From: Scyliorhinus canicula
Lineage: Eukaryota
DNA length: 64,000 bases
Direction: 5' to 3'
Assembly: GCF_902713615.1 (NCBI RefSeq)
Contig: NW_024055498.1
Span: 4,644,554-4,708,553 of the forward strand
The notes beneath the pieces were generated by a model. That model saw nothing but the letters and a program-made list of their open reading frames with translations, did not search any database and had not been told where the DNA came from. Position 1 is the stretch's first letter; every line of letters starts with the position of its first letter. The position numbers and the translations under genes were made by a program. This document shows positions 47,220 to 61,223 of this stretch, piece after piece.

Positions 47220-49120
47220 TGAGTAATATAAAAAAAGTAGAAAGGTACTGAAGCGGGAAATTAGGAGGGCTCGGACGGGGGCATGAAATGTCCTTGGCAA
47301 ATAGGATTAAGGTGAATCCCAAAACTGTTTATTCACATGTATAAAGCAAGAGGGTGGCCAGGGACAGGATTGGATCACTTAAAGACAGTGGGGGGTATCG
47401 ATGGGTTGAGCCAGAGGAAATGGGAGAGGTACTAAATGAGAACTTTGCATCAGTGTTCACCAAAGAAAGGGACTTTGTGGAAGATGATTCTTTCGGGTGT
47501 GTGGACAGTCTGGATCATGCTAACATCGAAAAGGAGGACGTATTGCGTATTTTAGAAGATATTAAGACAGGAAAGCCTCCTGGGCCGGATGGGATTTACC
47601 CCAGAATACTGAGTGAAGCAAGGTAGGAAATTCCTGGGGCCTTGACTGACAGCTTTGTATCCTCATCGGCTATAGGTGAGATCCCAGAGGATACGGAGAA
47701 TAGCTAATGTGATAGCGCTGCTTAAGAAAGATAGCAGGGATAATCCTGGAAAGTATAGACCGGTGAGCCTTAGGTCGGTTTTAGGTAGCCTATTGGAGCG
47801 AATTCTCACGGACAGGATTTATACCTATTTGGAAACAATTGGACTCATAAACGATAGACAGCATGGTTTTGTGAAGGCGAGGTCGTGCTTCACTAACTTG
47901 ATTTGAGTTTTCTGAGGAGGTGACAAAGATGATTGATGAGGGGATGGCGGTGAATGTTGTTCACATGGACTTCAGTAAATCCTTTGACAAGGTGACTCAT
48001 GGCAGACTGGTGCAAAAGGTGAGCTCACATGGGATCAGAGATGATGTGGTAAAATGGATACAGAACTGGCTCTGCAACAGAACGCAAAGGATAGCAGTAG
48101 AAGGGTGTTTTTCTGAAAGGAAGGTTGTGCCTCGTGGTGTTCCACAGGAATCGGTGCTGGGCCCTCTGCTATTTGCAGTGTACATAAAAGATATGGCGGA
48201 AAATGTAGCCGGTCTGATTAGTAAGTTTGCGAATGATACCAAGGTTGGTGGAGTGGCAGATAGTGTTGAGGATTGTCAGAATATACAGCAGGACGTAGAT
48301 AAGTTGGAGACTTGGGCAGGGAAATGGAAAATGGAGTTTAATCCACACAGGTGAGAGTTAATGCATTTTGGCAGGTCTAACATAGAGAGGAAATACACCA
48401 TTAATGGCAAAACTCTCAGAAATATAGAACGTCGGAGAGATCTGGGCGTGTAGGTCCACAGACCTTTGAAGATGGCAAGACTAGTGGACAAGGTAGGCAA
48501 GACAACATTCGGAATGCTTGCCTTCATTGGACGGGGCATCAAGTGGAAAAACTGGTAAGTCATGCTACAGTTGTATAGAACATTGGTAAGGCCACACTTG
48601 GAATATTGCGCACAATTCTTATTGCCATAGTACCAGAAGGATGTGGAGGCTTTGGCGAGGGTTCAGAGGATGTTTGCCAGGATGTTGTCTGGTCTGGATG
48701 GTGTTAGCTATGTGGAGAGGCTGAATAGACTCGGTCTGTTTTCATTAGAAAGACGGAGGTTGACGGGTGATCAGATAGAGGCAGGATAGAATTCATGGAC
48801 AGGCACTCTTTCCCAAGGTAGAATGGTTAGTCACCAGGGGGCATAGATTTATAGTCCATGTGGCAAAGTTTAGAGGAGACGTGCGAGGCAGGTATTTTAC
48901 GCAGAGGGTGGTGAGTGCCTGGAACGTGCTGCTAGGGGAGGTTGTGGAAGCAGATACATTAACGGCGTTCAAAAGGCATCTTGACAAATACGTGGATAGG
49001 ATGGGTATCGAATGACACAGTACAAGAGAGTGCTGATGGTTTTGGCCAAGGTTGGCATCATGACCGGTACAGGCTTGGAGGGCCAAAGGGCCTGTTGCTC
49101 TGCTGTATTGTTCTTTGTTC
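47220..49120 (+). mobile_element. Degenerate CR1 LINE
   Basis: PGPDGIYPRIL, YRPVSL, QHGF, GVPQESVLGP, KFANDTK in broken frames. Confidence 0.88.
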
Positions 49121-49419
49121 TTAACCCAGTGGGTAATTTGTTTACAACGTAAATGTCTCCGAGTTTGTTCACTTTATTCACGTTAGTAAGTCTTGTTGCA
49201 GCCATACATGCGAACAGAAGGTGATACGAATCATAATCAGGTGTCAGCCACTCGGCCCCTCAACCCTGTTCAGCCATTATATAGGACTATGACTGATCTG
49301 ATTGTCAATTCAAATCCACATTCCTGCTACCCTCGATAACATTTCACCCTCTTGTTAGTCAATAACCTATCTAGCTCTGCCTTTAAAATACTCTAAGAAC
49401 ATTCTTAACCTGCCTTCTG

Positions 49420-51160
49420 AGGGGCTGGTTTAGCACAGGGCTAAATCGCTGGCTTTGAAAACAGACCAAGGCAGGCCAGCAGCACGGTTTAATTCCCGTA
49501 CCAGCCTTTCCGAACAGACGCCGGAATGTGGCGACTAGGGGATTTTCATAGTAACTTCATTTGAAGCGTACTTGTGACAATAAGCGATTTTCATTTCATT
49601 TCATGAGGAAGAGGACTCCAGAACCTCACGAAACTCCTCGAGAAAATAACGTTACCAAATCTCAATATTAAATGAGCCACCCCTTTCTTTTAAACAGTGA
49701 CACCTGGTTGTAGATTCTCCGACAAGAGGAGCACCCCCTCCACATCCACCATCTCAAGGCTCCTTAGGACCTTAAAAAATTCTATCAAGTCATCTTCTGC
49801 CCATCTAACATCCATTGGATACAATCCCAACCTCTTCAACATTTCTCCCTAAGACCACACGTCCATTCCTGAAGTTAGTCTCGTGAACCCTATCGGAACT
49901 GTTTCTAATGTATGTAAATTGTTCCTTAACTATGGAGACCAACACAGTACACAGTATTCCAGAAGCGCTTTTACCAATGCCCTGTACAACTGAAGCATAA
50001 CCTCCCTACTTTTATAATCAATTCATCTCACAATAAATAATAATCTTCCATTAGCTTTCCTAATTACGTGCTGCACTGTATCCTAACATTCTGTGATTCG
50101 TGCACTAAGATATCACGAGCCCCTCTACACTTCACAGCTCTCCAATCTCTGACCATTTAAAATGAGCTTCTTTTTATTCTTCCTGCCAAAATGGACAATT
50201 GAACATTTGCCCTCATTATACCTCATTTGCCAGATCTTTGCTCCAGTTAATCTATCTTTGTCCCCTTGTAGCTTTCTTACGTCCTCTTCACAATTTGCTT
50301 TCCTGCCCATTTTTGTGTCTTAAGAGCATAAGACAGAGGGGCAGAAGGAGGCACTCGGCCCATTGACCATTCAATGAAATCAATACTGTTCTGATGTGAT
50401 GATTCTCAAATCTACTTCCCCGCCTTATCCCCATAACCCTATATTTCCTTATTGAATTAAAAAAAACTATCTCAGTCTTGAACATACTTAAAAAGCCATC
50501 ATCTACTGCCCATTGTAACTAAGTGGCCAGATTAACTACCCTCTGAGAGAAGAAATTCATTCTCAACACTGTCTTAATTCTGTCATCAGAAAATCTACCA
50601 ACCATACCTCCAGTCCCTTCATCCAAATCACTTATATATATTGTAAACAAAAGTGAGAGCCGAAATACTGATCATTGTGGCACACCTCTCCTCGCATCCT
50701 GACAACCAGGGGGAAAAAACATTAGGTCCAACCCAATATTTCATGTTAGTTTCCAATTTTAATCCAAGCCAATAAATTACCGCCTACAACATGAGTTTAT
50801 ATGTCGCGCAATAATCTTTGATGTGGCACCTTAGAAAATGTCTTCTGGAAATCTAAGTACATCCACCAGTTCACTTTCATGGGTGGGTTTCCTCCAGCTG
50901 TTCCGGTTTCCCCCCACATTCTGAATTATCCTTCCATGTACCCGAACAGGCGTCGGAATGTAGCGACTAGGGGCTTTTTACAGTAACTTCATTGTATTTA
51001 ATGTAAGCCTACTGGTGACAATAAAGACTATGAAAAAAATTAAATCCCGAAAGACATGCTTGTTAGGTGAATTGGACTTTCTGAATCCTCCCTCAGTGAA
51101 TCCGAACAGGCACCGCAATGTAATGTAAGCCTACTGCGAGACTAATAAAGATGAGTATCC
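49420..51160. mobile_element. SINEs (49420-49605, 50880-51160) and minus-strand CR1 remnants (about 49620-50870)
   Basis: SINE core ggaatgtggcgactagg; ORF 50125..50310 contains WQMRYNEGKC. Confidence 0.6.
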
Positions 51161-52819
51161 ACACCACATGTTACTCCGTCAAAGAACTCCAATAAATTGG
51201 TTAAACATGACTGAATAATCGAAAATGATTGTCTTCAGAATCTTACTGGGCTTGAAACATTATAGATAGGAAAGGAAACGTTATTTCAGTCAAGGCAAGT
51301 TTTTAAATTAACAACACCTTATGTATAAGATTGGTACAATGAGGGGTCGCTAATTTAATACTGATATTTGAAAGTTAACAATTAATCAATTAAAATTAAG
51401 CATGATTATGTACATTGCCGAATTATAGACGTGTTGGACATGTTTCTGCTGAGTCAGATTGTTACATTTACGTCAGTTTCGGTGTGTCTGCTCTGTCTTT
51501 GGGTGCCAGGAATGCACTTAAACCTTTTAGTTCATTGTTTATTTCAGGGAGTTCTGTTTGACCAATTTATTCAAGAAGTTTGTATTTGATGAAGAGTGAA
51601 ATATCCACGTCAGGTTTAAGCGGCGCTTCATAAACAAGATCAGCAACCCAGTGCCTGATTATCGAAGGAAAAACTTAGAAGCAGTACAGAAAAAAAGTAC
51701 AGAAGGATCTTTCATCTGTTCAGAATCCGTGCTATTTCTGACTCACCTGGGCATGATTGGCCAGCGTAATTGAAAATGTACAATAACATTACAGACCTGA
51801 AGAAGGGTAACGTTCTGCAGCCAATCCTTACTAAAGTTGACCTTACAGTGAATGAGAGAATATTACGAATGAGGTTTTACTCTGTCTTCTTTATTCCTTG
51901 GCCTGTCCTACGTATATTTTAGAAGCAGTGTTGAAGCAGCATTCGTGTGCATCTAACTAATAACTCGAGTTAGGTCCGTAATATAAATGGTTCAATTTAT
52001 CAGAATAAATAACCCCATCCTAATCTCTGTCAATTTTAACTGAATGGATTCATTCCGTATCATGTAATTACTTCATACTGTTTGGCTGTTCCCAAGCTCA
52101 CTTTCAGAACAGAACTATTTGAGCAAGTACCTGCAATGTTCCAGAAATCTGAACTTGTTAATCATGGATAGTATTATGGCAACTCAAATGTGATGCCTTA
52201 CTCTTTATATAACAAAATAACCCATGCTGCATCTGCTCTCCGATTGATGTTACATTTCCGACTGACTGATCTCACACAGATCACAAACAGCACTACTGGC
52301 ACAAAGGAACATGGGAATGAGGAAACTGGGGATCATGAAGCCAATGGGGGAAGTTCTAGAAAATTGAGCAGAAAGAAAAGTAAGGTGGATAGAAATGAAT
52401 AGAGAAGCATATGCAGACAGAGATGAGAGCAATAGTATCATGTTTCTGCGAAAAAGACCGACTGATGAAATTGAACACAAGAAAATTCTGGGCAACACAC
52501 ATGCGTGGGGGCCGGAGATTGACGCCTGCGTTACCTCAATCAGTTCTACATCTGGCAGATGGACCTGTTTAGGTGACAAGCCTGGTGGCTTTTATTAAAT
52601 TTTGATAAGGGTTCTGTTGAAGATTTCCCCACGAGGAAGATCACTTCTGCTGTGAAGTGGGGAAACTAATTTGCATTGTTCTGTGTATTAAAAATGGAAA
52701 ATGAAGTAATTGTGACTGAGGTAAGGTGATGCACACTGATACAGATTTAAAGATACAACAACGGAGTGAACGCCGGGGACATGAGACAACATTTAGAATG
52801 TTCGGCTCACCAGGAGTTC

Positions 52820-53040
52820 AGGAACTAATTGGGAACTTGTGGATTAAAATGGGAAGGATGAGTGGGCGGCAATGTGACACACTGGTAAGCGCTGCTGCCT
52901 CACAGCGTCGATCCCTGCACTGGGCCAATGTCCCCGTGGAGTTTGCACATTCTCCCCGTGTTTGCGTGGGTTTCGACCCCGTAACCCAAAGATGTGCAGA
53001 GTAGGTGGAATAGCCACGCTAAATTGCCCCTTAATTGGAA
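52820..53040 (+). mobile_element. tRNA-derived SINE
   Basis: Family body gtggagtttgcacattctccccgtg...gctaaattgccccttaattgg. Confidence 0.6.
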
Positions 53041-53269
53041 AAGGTGAATTTCTTCAGTTCACAATTCATTCGCTCATGTATCTTTCATTGCGTATCTACT
53101 TTTGAGTTCATGACACTCAGTAGCCGATCTCTGTAAGTATCCCAACAGCTGTTTTTCCTCTACATTCCTCATACAGTCCCTGTCCGAAAATATGGCAACT
53201 TTTCTTCAGAATTTGTTGATTTTAGAATAATTGCACACGATTTGTGATTGGACACTTTTATGACGAATA

Positions 53270-54290
53270 TTAGAACAAAGAAAATTACAGCACAGGAACA
53301 TGCCCTTCGGTCCTCCAAGCTTATACCGACCATGCTGCTCGTCTGGACTAAAACCCCTGACCCTTCAGGGGACCATATTCCTCTATTCCCATCCTATTTT
53401 TGTATTTGCCAAGATCCCCCTAAAAGTCACTATCGAATCTGCTTTCACTACCTCCCCCGGCAGCGTGTTCCAGGCTCCCACCACAATCTTTGTAAAATAA
53501 CGTGCCTCGTGCATCTCCGTTACCCCTTGCCCCTCGCACCATCCACTTCCGCCCCCCCCCCCCCACTAATTGACTTTTACACCCTGGGAAAAAATCTTCT
53601 GACTATCCACTCTGTCCATGCCCCTCATAATCTTGTAGACTTTTATGAGGTCGCCCCTCAACCTGCATCGTTCCAGTGTGAACAAACCAAGTTTCTCCAA
53701 CCTATCCTCATAGCTATTGTCTTCCAAACCAGGTAACATCCTGGTAAATCTTTTATGTACCCTCTGCAAAGCCCCCACAACCTTCCGGTTGTGTGGCGAC
53801 TAGAAATGAGTACTATATTCCAAGTGCGACCTAATTAAGATTCTATAACGCTGCAATATGACTTGCCAATTTTAAACTCAATGCAGACGAAGGCAAGCAT
53901 GCCATACGCCTTCTTGACGACCGCCTCCACCTCCCTTGCCACTTTCGGTGACTTGTGTACCTGTACACCCAGGTCTCTCTGCCTATCAATACTCTTAAGG
54001 GTTCTGCCGTTTACTGTGTATTTCCCATCAGCATTGGATCCTCCAAAATGCATTATCTCACATTTGACCAGATCAAACTCCATCTCCGATCAACACCCTG
54101 CTGTATCCTCTGACTACCCTCATCACTATCCGCGATTCCACCAGCCTTTGTGTCGTCCGCAAACTTACAAATCAAACCAGTTATATTTTTATCCAAATCA
54201 TTTATATATATATATTTATTACAAACAACAAAGGTCCAAGCAATGACCCTTCAGGAACGCCACTAGTCACAACCCTGCATTCAGAAACGC
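53270..54290 (-). mobile_element. Degenerate CR1 3' fragment, followed by a + strand SINE (54300-54510)
   Basis: LQRVHKRFTRMLPG...RLRGDLIKVYKIM; tail at tagaacaaagaaaa. Confidence 0.8.
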
Positions 54291-54939
54291 ATCGTTTCGC
54301 AGCACGGTGGCGCAGTGGGTAGCACTGGATCTTCAGGGCGCCGAGGTCCCACTTTCGATCCTGGCTCTGAGTCACTATCCTTGTGGAGTTTGCACATTCT
54401 CCCTGTGTTTGTGCGGGGTTCGCCCCCACAACCCAAAGATGTGCAGCGTAGGTAGATTGGCCATGCTAAACTGCCCCTCAATTGGAAAAGGTGAATTGGG
54501 TACTCCAAATTTATTTAAACTAAAATGGGAAGGATGAAGGTAGGGAGAAGCGAGTAGGACAGCTGAGGAAAACCAGCCTGAACAGAGGAAAAGTTCGACA
54601 GGTAACAGAGAAAACAAACACCAGGTCAAAATAAAATAACCTTAGGAAAAATGAAAAGAATGAACGAAAGGAAATACCATTATCTGAGCAAGTCAATAAG
54701 ATACGCACTTGTTCTTAGCTCATTGTCTGTTTCTATTTGAAGGATCTCACTCTGTTCATATTAAAAGAGGCGCCATCTGAGCGATTACTGTAGTAGGCTT
54801 TTTCCATGTTTATATTTCATGAGATGCTGGAAATCTAACCTAAAAAAGCAAATGCAAAATAAATGCCGAGACAGAAAGAACTGGAAGTATGCATATCGAT
54901 GAGGATGCAACGTTAAGAAATAATCTAAATCTGTTCCTG

Positions 54940-56520
54940 GTCATTGCATTATTTAATAAGGGCTTAGATTACAAAGACAAGGTAATGCTGCTCGAATTCA
55001 CAGAATCCTCACTGAGCATCAAAAAATTATCCGCACCAGATTTAAATAAATATATAAGGAGTGGATAGAGTGGAACCAGTAGATATGATTTATTTGGACT
55101 TCTAGAACGCATTCAACATGGTACCTCAGAAAATGTCAAGTTAAAAGAAAAGAACCCAAGGTGTTGGCATAGAGAGTTGGCTAATGGGTAGAGAACAGCG
55201 AGTGGAGATAAGGGGTTCTTTTGTCAGGTTGGCGACTTGTAACCCGTCGGCTTCCAGCGGGATCAGTGCTGGCACCGCATATATATCAATGACTTGAAGG
55301 AAGGAAGCTAATTTACTGTAGCCATAATTGCAGAGAATACAAAAATTGGGTGGACAGGCAAGTTGCGAGAAGGATGCAAACAGTTTGCAAAGAGATATTG
55401 ATAGGTTAAGTCAGGAGGCAAAAAGTTGGCAAATGGATTATAATGTGGGAAAATGTGAAGTTGAATTTTTTAATGAAGAACAGAATATTATTTAACTGGA
55501 GAAAAACCTCAGGAAGCTGGAACACAAAGGGACATGCGGTAGTTGTGCATGAAACAAAGAAAGCTAGCATACAGATGCAGCAAGTAACCAGGAAGACGAA
55601 TGGAATGTTGCCCCTTTTTTAAGGGAGTTGGAGTATAAGAGTAGGGGAGTCTTGCTGAAACGGTAGACGGTGCTGGTGAGACCACAGCTGGAGTACGGTG
55701 ACGAGGTTTGGGCCCATTATTTAGGAAATATATGATTTCATTGGAGGCGGTTCAGAGAAGTTTCACTAAGATGATCCCGGTATGAAGGGTGTAATATCCC
55801 ACAAGGGACATACGGGGTGGGAATGATTATATTCGCCCTGGCCCTTGCGTAGTACGAAATCCTCGTGCAGAATCTCTATTAACCTCTGGATAAAAAGTGA
55901 GCCAGTGGAGCACCGACTACAAATGATCCTGGTAGGTTCTACCGGGCTGGATATATACTGTGCTGTACATATAAACTTCGTTTATTAATTTACTCGGTGT
56001 GGACGCCGCCATCCCCCACCCCCCCCCCCCCCCCCCCCCCCATCCCCCACCACCACCACCCCGCGTCCCTATTAAAGAGGGATTGTCTTCTGAGCGCAGG
56101 TTATACATGCTGAACTCTATTCATTGGAACTCAGAAAAATGAGCGGTGATATTGAAACAGATAGGATTCTGAAGGGGATTGAAAGGATAAATGCTGAGAA
56201 GGTGTTTTCCCTCATGGAAGGCACTGGCACCAGACGGTATAGTTTCAGAGTTAAGACTGAGATGAGGCGAAATTTCTTTTCTCAGAGCATTGTGATTCTT
56301 TGCAACTTCTTTCCACAGAGCTGTGGGCGCAGAGTCCTTGAACATATTTAAGGCTGAGATAGCTAGATACAGATCAGTTAGGCGTTAGGGAGTCAAGAGT
56401 GACGGGGAAAGGGCCGGAAAGTGGACCGACAGAGTGTTGGCCCTGCCACGATCCTAATGAATGGCATAGCAGGTTTGAGGTGCCGAATGGCTTACTCCTG
56501 TTCTCACTTCTTATGTATCT
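54940..56520 (+). mobile_element. Heavily degenerate CR1 fragments
   Basis: MRRNFFSQSIV motif and CR1-like 3' sequence; interrupted by a poly-C tract at about 56017-56060. Confidence 0.6.
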
Positions 56521-57813
56521 TGTGGCCTTTCAGATGGACCACAAAATATTTATTGCATTGTATTAAAGACAAGTGACTTAATTTCTGTGGCGGACCAATT
56601 TACTTAAAAACACCTTCTTACAGCTTTGAGGTTTAATGTGTCATCTGATAGCAATATCGAAACACATGGAATAATTTGTAATGACAGAAAGGGTGGTAAC
56701 TAAATCAGGCATATGTAATGTAACCCTGTTATGACCTGAAATGCTCGACCGGCTCTTTAGATTATCTCAGGCTCTTTTTCAGTTATTACTGCTCGAGTTC
56801 TCTGTAGTTAATCTTAATCTAGTATCTGCTTCAGTCATTATGTAACAAGAATATGATCTCACTGTTTATTAGAATTGGTTGCCGCATCTGTATAATTCCG
56901 TGAAACAGAATTCTATGTATTTTACATGATATTATGTATATGTTTGTATTGCACTAGCTTCAGTCTGAGATATGACTGCAACAGTTCATGTCTCTGTTTA
57001 TGTCGCAGAGGACCATGTCTCTCGTGCTATTATATTGGACCTCTTGTCTCTGTTTATATTGCATTGGACCGTGTCTTTTTTCATATTGCACTATCCTTTT
57101 TATATTGTAGGAGAGCATTTATTTCGCTTTTTCTATTTCATTATGTCAGTCTGTATATTAGACTAGACCACCCTTCCCCCGCCACACACACAGACACACA
57201 CACACACTACCTTTTCCAGTATTTGCATTATGTGCAGATTCCTTTCAAACAGAACATTTCAAGTCACAGTTCAATGCTTCACAAAACCTCTCAGGTTGTC
57301 AATTACGTTCTTTTAAATGTGAAGGATAAACATCATGGTGGAAGAGTCTTCGTTGACTTGGCTATTTCGAAGAATAAAACAATGAGTGATATTTCAAAAA
57401 CAGCAGTGGAATGAAAGACCAAAAATAGATTGTAATGGTGTTAATTGACTGCCACATATTGTGGGGGGGGGGGGGGGGGGGGGCGCGTCTCGGTCTCTGA
57501 TAGAATTACCGGGGACCATGTGCATTCTATCTGAGAGGGCAGATGTGAATTTGTTATAGAGTCCAATCAGGAAGGTGAGTCTCTCCGATACTGCAACACT
57601 CCGTCAGTACTACAAATTCTGGACCCTCGGAGCTGGAATGCGGGCATTCAGACCCATGGAGTGCGGGGGAGGGGAGGTCTTTGGAGCCCTGGAATGATTG
57701 ATTTCTGATTTAGATGAGAGATAAAGTGGCACAAAAAGAACGAATATAATATGGAATGAACAGCTCGAGATGGTGGTCCTTAAAGGAACAGATACAAATG
57801 TTGTATTGTTCTT

Positions 57814-60800
57814 TCACCGGGTAATGCAAGCAGCGAGTGTGGCGAAGGGAAACCTCAGTGCATTCTTCAGCTGATCTCGGAATTTGGTCTGGGTTACCGC
57901 ATAGATAAAAACATTGGTGCAAGAGCTGAGCAGCTGGAGCATGTTCGTTGTCTCTTGAAGGATGAACTGCGGGTTGTTAAAATCTAGCCCGGTGAAATAG
58001 GCCTCACCCGTAATCTGCACGTAAAGGAAATGTCCCACATAGGTGACCCAGAGGAGGAGGAAGCTGAGAGAGATGGCGAAGAGCAGGACGATTGACCTCT
58101 TGCGGTTGACCATCTCCGGGTCTCCGTGAATTTCGGAGCTCTTGAGCCTCCTGCGGGCTCTGCTGGCCTCTACAATGTGCCTTACAGTCAGCGCATTGAG
58201 CAGCAGAATGAGGAGGAATGGGAGAAATGGCGTTAGGATGCGGTCAAGCCAGTCATAGGCCTGCCAGGCGGACAAGGTGTAATAAATGGACTTGATGTCG
58301 CAGAACCAGCGCACCCCGTCCAGGATGTACAATGGCTGGTAGCTGAAGTAGAAAGGAATGTTCTTGACACAGCTCAGTGAGCAGACAATTCCTATGACCA
58401 ACAATGCAGTTTTCTCAGAACAGTATCTAGTTTTCAGGCTCTGACAGCAAATGGCCACAAAACGGTCGATGGTGAAAGCGACGGTCAGCCAGACTGAACC
58501 ATCCCGGGTGGCATAGACCAGCACAGTGCTGACCGCGCATCCGGTGGTGGTGGACAGGGCACTTTCCCGGAAGTAGATTCCGCCAATCCGGTTGAGGATG
58601 ACGGCGGTGATGATGACTAGGAAATCGCTCACCGCTATCGCCACCAGGTAGTAGGTGATGCATCGTGAGAGTCCGCACCGTCCTCTGGATAAGATGACGA
58701 TCGCCACCAAGTTGGCTGTGAGACATAAAGAGAGAGAGAGATTCAAAAGAGGACTCAAAACACCAGCCTCATCTGATCAATTCTGAAACCTCCTAACCCG
58801 CTTGAGATCGATTCAGATTCCAACTATTCCAAACCCCAGGCCATTTCTTTGATGTTCAATTCTGGAGAAGATATTTGCTTTAATGTAATACTTTTGGGGC
58901 AGAAAACGTTGTCATCTGTCGCCAAAAATAACGCCGTTCTCTCGCATCCTCTGAGGCTTCAGATCCTTTATAATGTTGCCCTCCTGTTTCATCTTCAGAT
59001 GATCCCTGGTCCCCATATCGATTGTACAGCACCCACACTGCTTACTTCCAGCATTGACCAAAACATCGCGCAGCAGACACCTACCTTAGGTTAACTGCGA
59101 ATTAAATTCTTCCCGATGGCATTGTGAAAACTTGATTCTAACAAGAGGAAGACTATCTTGGCGTTCCCCCAGTTTGGGTTGTTACTGTACTTAAGCTCAT
59201 CTGAGACACTTAATGACAATTTCCTTCCTCACAAGAAGTCTCTGCCATCGATCACTGCTATATTTTGCCACCTACAATAAATCATAGCTCAGAAACATAT
59301 TGAATTTAATATCCTCAATCTTATTTTCAAATCCCTCCACAGCCTTTCCACTCTTTAAATTTAGATTTATTGTCACGCACACCGATGTACAGTGGAAAGT
59401 ATCGTTCTCCGTACAGTCCAGGCAGATTATTCCATGCATGATGAAATCATATGACATACGATAAATGCAAAATGTAAATACATAGACCACGGGCGAAGCA
59501 TATGTAGAATAGTGCGACAACTGCAGAGAAGATGTGTAGAGAGATCTGTTCAGTCAATAAGAGAGTCATTCAGGTGTTTGGCAACAGCGCGGAAGAAGCT
59601 GTTTTTGAACATGTCATTGCGTGTTCTCAGACTTTTGTATCTTCTGCTCGATGGAAGAGGTTGGAAGAGACAATAACCCGGGTGAAGGGTCTTTGATTAT
59701 GCTGCCCGCTTTCCAAAGGCAGCAGAAGGTGTAGGCAGAGTCAATGGATGGGAGGCGTCTCAGTTTCTTACGGTCTTGGGCCGAGCAGTTGCCATATCAG
59801 GCTGTGATGCAGCCAGATAGGATGCTTTCTATGGTGCATCTGTAAACGTTGGTAAGCGTGAATGCACACATGCCGAAGTTTATACTTTCCTGAGACGTAT
59901 AGGCGCTGTTGTTAGTACTTGGTCGTTGTGGCTTTGTGGATGGACGAGGGTTGTTGGTGATGTATCCCTGTTACCTCCTGCAACACTGTTAGGCACAGCC
60001 ATCTACTATCTTGTGTACCCAGGAAATAAAATGCTCCTTAAGTCGCCATTGTGCTGTTAGCTGCCGAATCCTTAATGTCTGCGATTCCCTACCTCGAGAG
60101 CTCTGCCTCTTTCCCTCATTAACACTCAGCTTAAAACCTACTCGTTTGATGCAGCGGTTGGTCATCTGTCCGAATTTCTCATTAGGTTGCTGATAGTAAA
60201 GTTTGTTTGAAAAATCTGTTGTGAAGCTCCCTTACCGCACGGCCCTTTGTGGTACAGGAAACATGGTTGAACTCTAACTTGTCAAGTAGAACCAAGAGAT
60301 AGGGAATATATGTTGACCTTGGTAGAGAATCATTAATTTCTCGTGAATCCATAAAAATATTATTATGATGCGTACAACAATAAATGAAATGTACGAAATC
60401 CTACCAGCTGTGATGCTGCACTTACCTGCGATCAATTAATACATTTTATCTCACCATTCATCGAATATTGCACTGTAATAAATGAATGGCGCGTTTTCGT
60501 AAAATTAATATATTGCATTGAATTTTACTGCACTGTGATTCGCCATTGTTCCATGCAACATTGCAAGTCGAGATTGCATTTTATTACATGGGAGTCTTGT
60601 ATTGTGACACAATGCAAGTGGAAATAATAAACATGAATTCATCCTAAAGCAATGCAGTGTTCTATCTTTCATCACTATGCAAGAACCCAGTTGAAGTTCC
60701 TCAAACATCACTGAAACAATACAGCGGCAACACGGTGACATAGTGGTTAGCACTGCTGCCTCACAGCGCCAGGAACCTGGGTTCGATTCCGAACTTGGGT

Positions 60801-61223
60801 GACTGTGAGGATTGTGCACGTTCTCCCCGTGTCTGCTTGGCTTTCCTCTGGGTGCTCTGGTTTCGCGCCACAGTCCAAATATGTGCAGGTTAGGAATATT
60901 GGCCGCACTAAATTGTCCCTTAGTATCCAAAGGTGAAGTTACGTGATTGGATGGGAGCGAGGGCCTAGGTTTGGGTGCTCTTTCGGAGGGTCGGTGGAGG
61001 CTCGATGGGCCGAATGACCGCCTTCTGTAATGAAGGGATTCTATGGACTGCATATTTCGAAAATAAATCAGACTCACCCCGTAATGGAACATACAAGTGT
61101 GGAGATGATTTACAAAGTAAAAGCTAAGAATTTATTTGGAATAGATGACTTACCCGGGACACCAATAACGGCGAGGACAGGATAATAAACGGCATAAAAC
61201 GGTCCATTCGCTGGCCCGTGCAT
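57814..61223 (-). CDS. Two-exon class A GPCR, GPR139-like family, 323 aa
   Basis: Exon 1 61223-61154 (MHGPANGPFYAVYYPVLAVIGVP, donor gtaagt); exon 2 58715-57814 (acceptor ctcacag, ANLVAIVILSRG...IDRFVAIC...NVFIY). In frame, seven hydrophobic segments. The ORF-track start at 58758 is intronic. Confidence 0.88.
59350..59950 (-). mobile_element. LINE 3' fragment (Rex1/Babar-like) in the GPCR intron
   Basis: Minus strand reads ESILSGCITA*YGNCSAQDRKKL-like. Confidence 0.55.
60725..61050 (+). mobile_element. tRNA-derived SINE in the GPCR intron
   Basis: tagtggttagcactgctgcctcacagcgcc head and ggttcgattcc B-box. Confidence 0.7.

Noticed and set aside
52250-52579. 109-aa hydrophobic minus-strand ORF, possibly a GPCR fragment
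   Set aside because: No recognisable motif or splice context; explained by the purine-rich + strand.
52669-57228. Additional perfect octamers at 52669 and 57221
   Set aside because: Not near any V promoter or J; a few are expected by chance in 64 kb of AT-rich DNA.
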